DNA from: Nitrospirales bacterium
GTDB lineage: Bacteria; Nitrospirota; Nitrospiria; Nitrospirales; UBA8639
Assembly (NCBI GenBank): GCA_965203295.1
Contig: CBDBCZ010000017.1
Coordinates: 1,536,001-1,600,000 of the forward strand
Direction of reading: 5' to 3'
DNA length: 64,000 bases
The notes below the pieces were generated by a model. It was not told where the DNA came from. It searched no databases and saw nothing but the letters and a program-made list of their open reading frames with translations. The first letter of the stretch is position 1; each line of letters begins with the position of its first letter. Made by a program: the position numbers and the translations under genes. This document shows positions 53,553 to 64,000 of the stretch, piece by piece.

Positions 53553-55135
53553 ATGGCTGCAGATGCACAGTCCCTGCATGGAAATGGTATGCTCATCAGT
53601 GCATGGCAGTTAAACTGTACTAAACAAGTTACAGTAAACATGTTACCTCACTGTATAGCTACAGTATAGTTAATGGAAAACAATAAACTCTTTATTCAGT
53701 CATCAGTGCCTCAGATGATGAGGTACCCCCAGCTAAGAGAAGCAAAAGGGTATCACCTTTCATTGGTCCAATGTCAGAGACCACATACAGCATGCTGTAT
53801 AGGCTTCTTGAAGGGAACTCTGACAATGATCCAGATGTTGTGCAATTTGCAAAGCAATACAGGAAAGCACTGTATAAAGATGGCAACACCAAGAAACCAA
53901 TATATCATTTCATTGAAAATGAGCAGGGAAATCCTGCAATTGGTAAGTGTGATGGAGGGAGAATGAAGGAAGTTGTTCATAAGCAGAGAGCAATAGAAAT
54001 AGTTGAGAGCATTCATAGACCAGGTGGAAAGGGATGCAGGCCAGGGAGGCAGAAGCTGGTCAGGAAAACTTTTATGGAGAAATACTGTATTAGTGGTATT
54101 ACACAAATTGTCAATGACGTGTTAGCAAGTTGTACTGGTACCTGTAAGGAGACAATCAGATTGTCTGTGCAGCACCCACCTCCTACCCCTATCAGAACGA
54201 GTGCAGTAATGGAACGCATACAAATTGATATCACTGAAGTGTATGGTCCATCAAGTCCTTTTCTAGAATCAGCTTCACATCCATACAGTATGATTCTAGT
54301 TATCAAGGATTGCTTTTCTAAATTTTGTTGGTTAACACCAATAAAGAATAAAGAGGCTAGTACAGTTGCAAGTGTCCTAACTGGAGTATTCCGCACGTAC
54401 GGCTGCCCACAAATTCTACAAAGTGATAATGGGGGAGAATTCATAGCAAAAGTGATTAAAACCCTCTGTGCTAACTTCAATGTGACGATCAAGCATGGTA
54501 GTCCATACAAACCTCAAACCCAAGGGCAGATTGAAAATCTTAACAAGCGAGTGAAGAGATATCTTGCAGCACGACTGCTAGATTTTGCACCACAAGAACA
54601 AACAAATGTGTGGCCAGTACTTTTGCCGGAAATCTCAAATGTCATTAACAATACTTATCATTTCACGACCCAGAGCACACCATTTCATATTTTTTTCGGT
54701 AGACCATCAAGGTTGTACTCCGAGAATTCAGATATGTGGCCTTCAGATGATATTCTAGTTGGAGAGGGATTCGATGATTCTGAAGTATATAGTTTCAGCA
54801 CAGCTGATTTGAGTGACTCCACACAGCAACCAGTGTTTCAAGATTTGCCTAGTAAACACAAGGATGTCTTCAGCTCAGTTACGACGACAGCTGAGACTGA
54901 ATCACTCCTTTACAGCCTAATAGAGCGTGAAGTCATGCAGTCAAATGTGATCGAGTCTGCTGAGAGAATGGCAATGACTAATTACTTTGCTCATGTTCGC
55001 AAACTGGATTTTGATAGTACGATTACTATTTCACGATTTTTACTGATCTGTATCACACTGCAATTTTTACTGCACACCGACAGGTATTTAACATGCAAAA
55101 AAAGAAATTCTGTTCCTATGATTCCCTTTCCTTAA
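53553..55135 (+). CDS. rve DDE integrase/transposase of the Ginger-like element, copy 2
   Basis: Protein identical to 40706-42070 in the ORF track; probable first exon 53553-53586. Confidence 0.85.
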
Positions 55136-57016
55136 CAGCAGAATATGAAGCAAAAATTCAACACATCGCGTAAATTTCAATTATAACACCTGTACTACTA
55201 GACTGTACTATACTGTCTCATCCTAATATATTAATATATCTAGTGGTTTACTAACATCAATGTATGCAATGGAAGGGTATACTCAGAACGTAACCAAGTG
55301 GAAAAGAAAAAAAAGGCTATGTAAGTGCATTCTAAATCTTGTAAAATACCATGCCAATGTGGGCACAATCATGGAACATAAACCTTTTCTGTAGAGAATA
55401 CCACAACAAGAGAATGCCTCTGACTGCGGCGTGTTTGTTTGCAAGGTACAAGGTAGTGAATATAGGAGGCTAACAAAATGTTGATGTTCACATTCTGTAA
55501 TCTTACAGTTTGCTTCCTGTGAAATGAGGGATGAAAGACAGCAATTTGTGGTACACTTTTTTATTTAAACGGTATATCATCATGCATGCATGCATAACAA
55601 GTTTGTCTGCTTCAGACAACACCCTTGGAATTGAGAAAGTGGCTACTACATGAAATCCTGATCAGGTCAGCGCTTATTGCAATAGCTAATGTATTGCACA
55701 GCTAGGATCTGTATGGTGCAAATAAATAGTTTATTACATAAATATATCATGATCACTTACAGTCCACTCCAACTGGAAGCTGTACAGATTAACGAAGCAT
55801 GTGCGTCACTCAAGAAGGAGTTCGAGGAGAGGTTAAACATAAAACTCTGTACTCCAAAGGTATGTCTCTAATAACACATTAATACCACATTGATTTTGAA
55901 CAATAACAGGGTCATGTTGTTGCTTTTTTTGGACAGAAACATTACAAAAGAAAACCAACTGGTAGGTAAACTTTACCGCATAATCATACAGGCCTTGATC
56001 TACTAACTTTGAGTGATATTTCATTTCAGACTCAGAGGATGCATCCGATGCATCCACTGAAACCTCTAGTGCAGAAGATGATGAGATATATGGTAGGCTA
56101 GGCTTCGGCCAGAATCTTCTTTGCTGTGCTTGTACATGAATCTACATTTACTCAGTGTGCCCTTTATTACTCACAAATGCATGGCTAGGAGATATCCAGA
56201 TCCTGGTGCCTTCCTTCTTGGAGCGCTCTGTCCCACAGGAGGAATCCTTGTTTAGATATGTAACAAATGAACAACTTTATATACGAACCATTAGAGGTTT
56301 GCTCTATTCTGGACATGGACCTCCGATGAGGTGAGCATGCAATATTATTGTAAGACGCATACATGTACTCAAAACAATCATGATTGTATGCATTGTCTCT
56401 TACAGAGATGGATGTCTAGAGATAACAAGAAATGTGATACATTCAGCTCTGAAAGAGGCGGAGGTTTGTTGACACATGCATGTACACAATAATATTTGTT
56501 AGGAAAAGCAATTATTAATGAAGCATGAACAAAAGCGATGTATTTGCTGTAGGGGTGGTTGTTATGTGTTGCAGCGCATCCTGGGCAGAGTGAGTTTGGG
56601 AAAAACTTGGAAGCCGTACCTACCCTGAAGGAAAGAGCCACTCCAGCAGATACTTGGCCACTTACACATCCTATGATTGTAAGAAAATACTAAAATTAAT
56701 GTTACAATCATGCAGATCAACACATCAATTACTTATGATACAGGTGATGGAAATTTTATATTTCTTGACAACCATTGCTGAACATGCAAAGAAAGAAGAC
56801 CCAGGAATCCAGCACCCTGCAGCACGAGTTGCTCGTGAAATTCTCTGGCCAGAGGTCAGAAACACCTGCATGACTGTGGAAACAAATACAATGTATAAGC
56901 CTTTAAAATATGCCCTTGTACACTTCTTGCAGGCGATGGTCACGATCATCAGTGTTGCGTTTAACATTGAGTACAGTTTGGCCAAGCAGAGTTATATAAG
57001 CCGATCCATGAACTGA
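55084..57016 (+). pseudogene. Spliced C-terminal exons of the Ginger-like protein: partial Ulp1/SENP (C48) protease, acidic linker and helical tail
   Basis: Exons 55084-55169 (VFNMQKKKFCSYDSL..), 55244-55320, 55395-55445 (RIPQQENASDCGVFVCK) and 55509-55550, followed by TTPLELRKWLLHEIL, DSEDASD.., and ..EILWPE|AMVTIISVAFNIEYSLAKQSY..* (stop at 57016). The catalytic His exon was not found, and a phase mismatch lies at an A-run near 55307-55314. Confidence 0.7.
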
Positions 57017-57679
57017 AGAAGTCAATATCACAGGAACAGGATACTGAATAGTAATTTAAAATGTAATGTAGTATTTTGTACATTACTACTGTTGGACATT
57101 ATTATCAATAAAAATATTAGTGACACAACTACAACTACAAAGGACCATGAATACATGATATCAGATTGGCTAGTGGATGCTTAAATGATCTCACTACCCA
57201 CCTGGGCATTTAAATGATAATCATTTCTACAGCTAAAAGACCCAGCATGGGTGTAAACTGCCATGTCAGTTAGTGGAAGAACCATGTAGATGATATTTCA
57301 ACAGCCGATGGACACTTTATAGACTCCACGAATATAAAATTAGCTATGGCTTTCACTAACCGGCGGTCTCCTACACTGCCACGAGCATGCAACAGCTATA
57401 AATGATTGATGAACAATTCACAAGCGTCCTGGTAGTAGGCTCACAACACAAGCAACCAGGCTACTCTTGGCAGAGTCATGTCCGTTGCAGTCTCCTACGT
57501 ACGTTGTCACGAGCAAGGCAAACCATGTCACAATGAATCTGAATCGTGAACAAAATCTGTCTACATAGGATTTTATCGACCGTGTATTTATTTTTGCAAG
57601 GCGCATATAATAGGAGTGCAAGTTCTTTACGGTAGCGCCGTGTCCGGTCCGGTAAACTCCAGTGCCTTGCTGTTAGCTG

Positions 57680-59063
57680 CTGACTGCCAGCATTCTGGAT
57701 GGCTCTGTATATGAGCCTATTATGTTCCAAAATGTGAACAACCAACACAGCTCAGTGGTGCAGTGTATCACTCCATAATAAACTTCATCTTGTCCTACAG
57801 GAAACAGTAGTGATATTACGCAGTATAAACACAGAAAGGCAAACCGTACTAAATTATACTAGTGTCTGCCTTGCTCGTGGCAGTCTCCTACACTGCCACG
57901 AGCAAGGCAAACAATGGTCAATGATGTACTAGAGTGTCACAGGGGAGGCTCTGGAACCACTACAATAAGGCTCAGAGCACAAGCAACCGTTCCGCCACGA
58001 GCAAGGCAAACAATGGTCAATGATGTACTAGAGTGCATGTCACAGGGGAGGCCATTGACCACTGTTTGCCTTGCTCGTGGCAGTGTAGGAGGCTGCCACG
58101 AGCAAGGCAGTTTTTCTGTGGAACGGTTGCTTGTGCTCTGAGCCTTATTGTAGTGGTTCCAGAGCCTCCCCTGTGACATGCACTCTAGTACATCATTGAC
58201 CATTGTTTGCCTTGCTCGTGGCAGTGTAGGAGACTGCCACGAACAAGGCAGTTTTTCTGTGGAACGGTTGCTTGTGCTCTGAGCCTTATTGTAGTGGTTC
58301 CAGAGCCTCCCCTGTGGCACTCTAGTACATCATTGACCATTGTTTGCCTTGCTCGTGGCAGTGTAGGAGGCTGCCACGAGCAAGGCAGTTTTTCTGTGGA
58401 ACGGTTGCTTGTGCTCTGAGCCTTATTGTAGTGGTACCAGAGCCTCCCCTGTGACACTCTAGTACATCATTGACCACTGTTTGCCTTGCTCGTGGCAGTG
58501 TAGGAGACTGCCACGACAAGGCAGTTTTTCTGTGGAACGGTTGCTTGTGCTCTGAGCCTTATTGTAGTGGTACCAGAGCCTCCCCTGTGACACTCTAGTA
58601 CATCATTGACCATTGTTTGCCTTGCTCGTGGCAGTGTAGGAGACTGCCACGAACAAGGCAGTTTTTCTGTGGAACGGTTGCTTGTGCTCTGAGCCTTATT
58701 GTAGTGGTTCCAGAGCCTCCCCTGTGACACTCTAGTACATCATTGACCACTGTTTGCCTTGCTCGTGGCAGTGTAGGAGGCTGCCACGAGCAAGGCAGTT
58801 TTTCTGTGGAACAGTTGCTTGTGCTCTGAGCCTTATTGTAGTGGTTCCAGAGCCTCCCCTGTGACACTCTAGTACATCATTGACCACTGTTTGCCTTGCT
58901 CGTGGCAGTGTAGGAGGCTGCCACGAGCAAGGCAGTTTTTCTGTGGAACGGTTGCTTTGTGCTCTGAGCCTTATTGTAGTGGTTCCAGAGCCTCCCCTGC
59001 TACAATAAGGCTCAGAGCACAAGCAACCCTTCTACAGAATAGCTGCCTTGCTTTTGGACGTAC
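57680..59063 (-). repeat. Inverted copy of the Ginger subterminal region plus hairpin array 3 (137-bp units) with an internal inversion
   Basis: 57680-57865 is the reverse complement of about 53036-53221. Units are minus-oriented at 57866-58051, plus-oriented (7 hairpins) at 58052-58998, and minus-oriented again at about 59000-59050. Confidence 0.88.
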
Positions 59064-59179
59064 TTTCGACTTAGTCTCTGGAGCACAATTCTGATTTACA
59101 TATCTGCGCATGCGCAAATTGAATTTCGACCTTTGACCTTGGGCGGAGACATGACCAGCCATGCCAGTTTACATCACTA

Positions 59180-62100
59180 TCACCATTTTCCAGCATTTTG
59201 CTGTCCAAGTAGTATATTTGCTTTTAATGAGTGCAGCCTTCGACCCTTGGGTTCATTACGAGTTGGCATACAGTATCTGGAAATGCTTTGTGGAGACTCT
59301 GCACTGAGACTGGAGCCTTTGGGTGGACGTCCAGCAACCACCTTTCCCTTACCCCGTGGTCGTCCCTTTTTCCTCCGCCCAGCGGCAGTGGCCTGAACAG
59401 CAATTCGTTTGCCATGCCTTAGCTGCCCAGCCTGTAGTGTTGTTGTAGTACCCATCTCCCATCCAAACTGGTGAAAGGCTGTAGCCAATTTAGAAGAAGA
59501 ATGCTGACCTGAAAGCTTGTCAAACCGTACCAGAAATTTGGAAACTCCAGTAGTGAGTTGTGGGTCGTGACTTTTGAGTTTGTTCTTAAGTGTCTCAGCC
59601 ACTGCATCAATTCTGTCACAAAGTGCACTGTATTCTTCCTCTTTGCTATATTCAAATGTAGAGTTATCAATCTGTTCCTTTTCCATTTCATCGTCCAGAG
59701 AGCCTGCCCTAATAAGGTCCCATTCAGTTCCCTCAAAGTTCGGCTCTCTATTCTCAGATGTTGATTCCTGTGTTGGTCCATCGTTAGGCTCACTTCCATA
59801 TTGCTTTTGCAGTTGTTTTTGATGAACTGATGTATAAAAAGCTAGGTCTTGTATAGCTCCTTCACCAAGAGCCAGTTTTGCAATATTTCTCCTCGCTGAA
59901 GCTGAAATTGTTGCAATATAATTGCAAGATTCATCACCGTATGTAACAACAACTGCAGCCTGATGGGAGCATGGGGAACCATCTAATCCCTGAAGACATG
60001 TGCATACGCCAATGTGGGTGTTAATATCATAGTACTTTCCTCTCACTGTCTGACTTCTCACTTTGTACCACCCCTGGTGATCACTTTTAGTAATATCCTC
60101 TTTGCTGATTTTTTTGGCATTAAGCCCTTGAAATCGGAGAGCGATATACGATTCCAGCCTGTTGTTTGCAACACTCACTAGCTTTCGCTTATAGTATAAT
60201 TCTAATGTTTCTACGACAAAATAGAACATTTGAACCAAATTATAAGCCTTTACTCGCCCAAATACAAGTTCCTTCAGAATTTTAATCCCGGCCTCTGCAT
60301 AATTGTTTGTATGGTTACCTCTGATTAGAAGAGCTGTTCGGAAGCAGTGTGCCCAGAAGGATCGCTTTTCCCATAGTGATGTCATGTGTTTAATGAAGTG
60401 AGGGTACTTTTGGGATGTTGCTGATGAAGTAAGGGAAACATATTGTGCTTGCAATTCCTTTTCTGATTTACAGTATACCAGAGTTCTTATTAATTGTATA
60501 AGAGTGATCCGGTCCTCATTCTGTATTTTGTTTTTACCATCATGAAGCCATGTCCATCGTCTTTGCAGGAAGTGAAAAGTACACAGGAGTAAACGTGCTG
60601 ATGGCCATGACTGGGAGAGTGCTGCCTGCTCAACAATGCTGTCATCAATCATGAAGACTGCTGGTCCAATACATGGCCCATTGCCATAAAAAGCATCAGA
60701 AGGTAGAACTTGCTTTACTGTCTCCATAGCCTGTTTTACTGTTTCCTCAGTTTCATCTGAGACCATAAATACTGCTAAAGGAATACCTGAGCAGGCATGT
60801 GTTGTAGAAAGCATGAACAAGGAGGTATTAAATCTATCCATTGAAGAGGAAGCGTCACAGAAGACAATTTCACCTGCCTGGCACACTTCTTTGTGTGCCC
60901 TAGCCATAAGAGGGGTGCAGACTGCTAATATTAGTGGCTTATTCGATGGCCTTTTCTTCTTCTTTTTTAATGGTGGTGGTTTTGTTTCAGATTCACCATC
61001 AGATTCCTCGCTTTCAGCTAGAGATTCATACCATTGTAGGATGGCCTTCCCCCCTGTTTCTCTGTTTTTGGTGTTATATTCATCCACTTTCTCCTGGAGC
61101 TGTTGGAATAGTTCCTTACCATCATCTTTGCCATAGTTAAGCTCTCTCCACTTTGTAAAGAGACGACAGATGTCCTGTAGGAGTGGGTTGTTAGCACGAT
61201 CAGCTAGAATTTTTTGTGCATTCATCTCACTAGTAGCCTGCAGGTACAGGGCTTGTTCGTGTGCATGGCGTGCTGAAGATGGACTGTGGCCATTATCAAA
61301 CAGAGTGAAGAAAGCCTGTTTGGTTTCTTCAAGAATATCTCGAAAACTGAGCACATGTGCTGAAGTGATTGGGTGGTTGTGTGTGAATTGAAGTTTTAAC
61401 ACAGCATTATGTGTTATCAAGTGTGGCTTTGACTCTGCTGCTAGTCTCTGCTTTTTTGTAGGTACCTGCACAGTTAGAATGAGGTTTGATGGACACTGTG
61501 TCTTTTTGTCTCGAACCATTGCTGTTAATGGTCTTCTAGCTTTCTTTGACTGGGCTAGAGCTGACTTTACTGTTTGTTTTTCAGATAGCTTTTTTCTGAA
61601 GTGTTGGCAGTGGCGCTCACTTTTGTACAATACTCGACGAAGACCTGGTTTGCTTGTACGTGTTACACGGTATGTAGTTAGACTGTGTTGCTGCATATTT
61701 TGTAGCCATTCTGTCGCTTCTTCCTCGTTCCTCAGGTTTATGCGCACTTGGCTGTCAAATGCAAATCCTGGAGCGCCAGGAAATGTCTCACACTGTTTTG
61801 ACTGGTAATCTTCAATGATATATGTATACTTGTCATCAGGGGGAAGAACAGCTTGTAGGTTACTGTGAAGTGCTTCCCACTTTACGGGAGTGAAAGTAAC
61901 TGGTGTATCAGTTTCTGATTTGAGGGGAGGATTTCTTTCAAAACTGTAACTGTTGACTGTTTCTGTGTCATCACTGCTATCTAGTACGATGGGTCTGGGC
62001 TTGGTAATATTCTGCTGTAGATCAAAGTCATCTAGTGACTCTGTATCAGTGTGGCTGTTACTAATACTACTGGATGCTTTGAGACTTTCACCAATTGTGC

Positions 62101-63892
62101 TAGATTTGGGCTCTGAAGCAAAGCTACCATTGGTGTGGTTTACTGACGAAATTGTAGCATGCTCATGGTTGTGGCTAGAACTGATATCTTGTGATGTATT
62201 CAGAGCACCTCTCTTCAGCTCTCTTGATACACTTTTTCGAATTGAGGGCATATCAGCCTATAATAAGGTACAGTAAATTTTGTCATGTATATATATTTAG
62301 TGATATGTGGCAATCCCATATAGAAATCAACTGTTGCATTATAATATTTGATTGTGTCACCGCATTCACAGCACTAGCTGTATCTCTGAACTTCTGTGTA
62401 AATGAAATTGCAAGTAACAATGCAGCCACGCATTGCATATAAACCCCACCCTTAACAGAAGTTCACAGATTCTGCACTTTGAACACAGTGACATGATCAA
62501 CATAATTATATGAGGGACTAACAGTTTTCTACCCAGGACTGTCACATATAATTGTTGGGTTTACCTGGGAGAAAGTCATGGGGAGATCCAAAACACAGCA
62601 TTTGGCATACTAAACAATGGCATAATGAATTTATTAGAACAGATCACTGTATACTAAAGTGGCATGCAACTACCTGAAGAACAAAAACACCACAGTCACT
62701 GGAGTTGTATTGCTGGGGTATATCCTGCAGAAAAGTGTACGTATGTAATAATTATACAAAATGCAACCACATGCATGCACAATTACAATTTTGGTGCATG
62801 TATATGTTCCTCACCCTTTCCACAGTAAAGATCCAATGATTGAAATCAATCGTTCTGCCTTCCTTTTCTGCTCTCTTTTCAAGAAAATTTCTGAAAGGTA
62901 ATCAATACTTTTAGGAGGTACAGTTTACCACATATGTGTCAACATGCAGTAAACAACTCTTCATGTAAGTATATCTCGGTTACGTGTAGGTGCTACAGGA
63001 AATGCTCACCTACCGTACAACTTGGAAGTAAGGTGAAGATGCCGGTGAAAAGGAGTCAAAATACTTCATTGTCTCTGCTTTCAAGTCAACAACCTACACG
63101 TATAATAAAATCAGTACATGTATGTAAATAGCATGTAGGCTTGTCCATGCATAGTTGTCACAGTTACGTACCATCAATGTCCAATGGCAGTCAAGGTGGT
63201 TGAAGACAATCAAGAGTTTGTTTGCTTTGAGAAGTTGCACCTGAGTAAAAAAGGTTTATATTCCATCCATTATAGTTTGTTTGGCTGTAATTTGTTAAAC
63301 TTCACAGTAACTGAAAGTAGAGAGGTACACGTGTTTCTTAGTTTTCATCCAAGGATCGTTTTATTCCCCGACCATTCCTTGAAACCTGTTGTATCCTGTC
63401 CCCTTTCCCACCTTTTTCTGGGTAGCATTATATGTAGCAGTTGGTTACATGTACCTTACGGTAGTATCCCACAACACTGTCAACACCTTCTTTAAGCATC
63501 TTCGTGGTAACTTGGCTGCTGATTACTTCCACTACCTGTGTGGATAAGTGTATAGTCCGTAGCACTACCTTGAAAGTCAAATTTGAGCTCACCATCGGTA
63601 CATCTCTCTTGATCATTTGCAGATATGCTGTTATGACCTATGTATGAAAGTAGAAGTGGAAGAGGAAACTGAGTCATGTTACCAGTGAGTATACTACTGT
63701 TAGAACCAAATTATAGAGCTGGTATTACTGTAGTATGTAATGCAAGCTGTACTCACATTGTCATTTAACCATTGTCCTCTGCACAGGCATTGCCAGTCTT
63801 GTTCTGTTAGAGTGGGTCCTGCATTTGTTCTCACTCCACCTCTGCCACTTTCATCCAAGACCTCTATGATATCGGCGTTGCCATCCATATTG
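59180..63892 (-). CDS. Ulp1/SENP protease - MULE (Mutator) transposase - SWIM fusion protein; 5' end lies beyond the window
   Basis: Exons 63892-63757 (..LCRGQWLNDN), 63637-63593 (VITAYLQMI), 63535-63455, 63240-63172 (..NHLDCHWTLM), 63093-63014 (VVDL..YFDS), 62890-62815, 62724-62674 (DIPQQYNSSDCGVFVLQ), 62609-62565 (YAKCC..FSQ) and 62257-59180. The last exon begins ADMPSIRK and runs into the 1023-aa ORF with MULE motifs VFCD, FMIDD, CTFH and TNNYAE, a SWIM finger CTCLQGLDGSPCSH, and AT-hook-like KGRPRG. All phases are compatible. Confidence 0.88.
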
Positions 63893-64000
63893 CTGTACAA
63901 ATCATGTTGCAAACATGTGTATACATTAGTATGGCACTGTCATTACTGAGAAGCTAAAGCCCAGTGGCCTTGTTACCAGTGTCCACTCTTCTCCACTCAC

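Larger units (their letters stand above)
18617..55328. repeat. Tandem segmental duplication of an orphan-DED-MOXD1 cassette (units start near 18617, 27612, 36197 and 50269; the fourth is incomplete)
   Basis: The recurrent junction (a/g)ctgtctggtttgaaagttcattttgag and near-identical ORF translations recur at offsets of about 9.0, 8.6 and 14.07 kb. Confidence 0.95.
51264..57670 (+). mobile_element. Ginger-like DNA transposon, near-complete copy (~6.4 kb) with a damaged right TIR tip
   Basis: The left end TGTAACGCC...gcaaggcactggcgtttaccggaccggacacggcgctaccgtaaatgacttgcactc is inverted at about 57613-57670 (gagtgcaagttctttacggtagcgccgtgtccggtccggtaaactccagtgccttgc). It encloses a hairpin array, the integrase and Ulp1 exons. 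The terminal ACA and the TSD are not recoverable. Confidence 0.8.

Noticed and set aside
57671..57679. 9-bp MULE target-site duplication
   Set aside because: The length fits, but no second copy is visible in the window, so it cannot be supported.
57914..59094. Repetitive ORFs within hairpin array 3
   Set aside because: They are frame-shifting translations of a 137-bp noncoding repeat.

Overview
This is eukaryotic, intron-rich animal DNA; abundant TACATG runs and short palindromic repeats suggest a demosponge, which is an inference. Positions 1985-17727 (+) hold a 17-coding-exon giantin/GOLGB1-like golgin ending in a Y-x4-H transmembrane tail. Its introns carry microsatellites, MITEs and tRNA-Thr-containing repeats. 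From about 18617 a three-gene minus-strand cassette is tandemly repeated, with units starting near 18617, 27612, 36197 and 50269. The cassette holds an intronless ~260-aa orphan gene, a ~625-aa tandem-DED non-caspase ORF and a 14-exon DBH-like/MOXD1 copper monooxygenase. The orphan is intact only in unit 1, while all three DED and MOXD1 copies look intact. Units 3 and 4 carry a Ginger-like (gypsy-integrase DNA transposon) insertion with hairpin minisatellites, an rve integrase and a decayed spliced Ulp1/SENP protease; the fuller unit-4 copy adds a helical tail. The unit-3 copy is truncated and hosts a Helentron-type non-autonomous element. The window ends with a third, partly inverted hairpin array and an apparently intact spliced gene in which a complete Ulp1/SENP protease is fused N-terminally to a MULE (Mutator) DDE transposase with a SWIM finger. 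The Ulp1 domains of the two unrelated transposons share intron positions.
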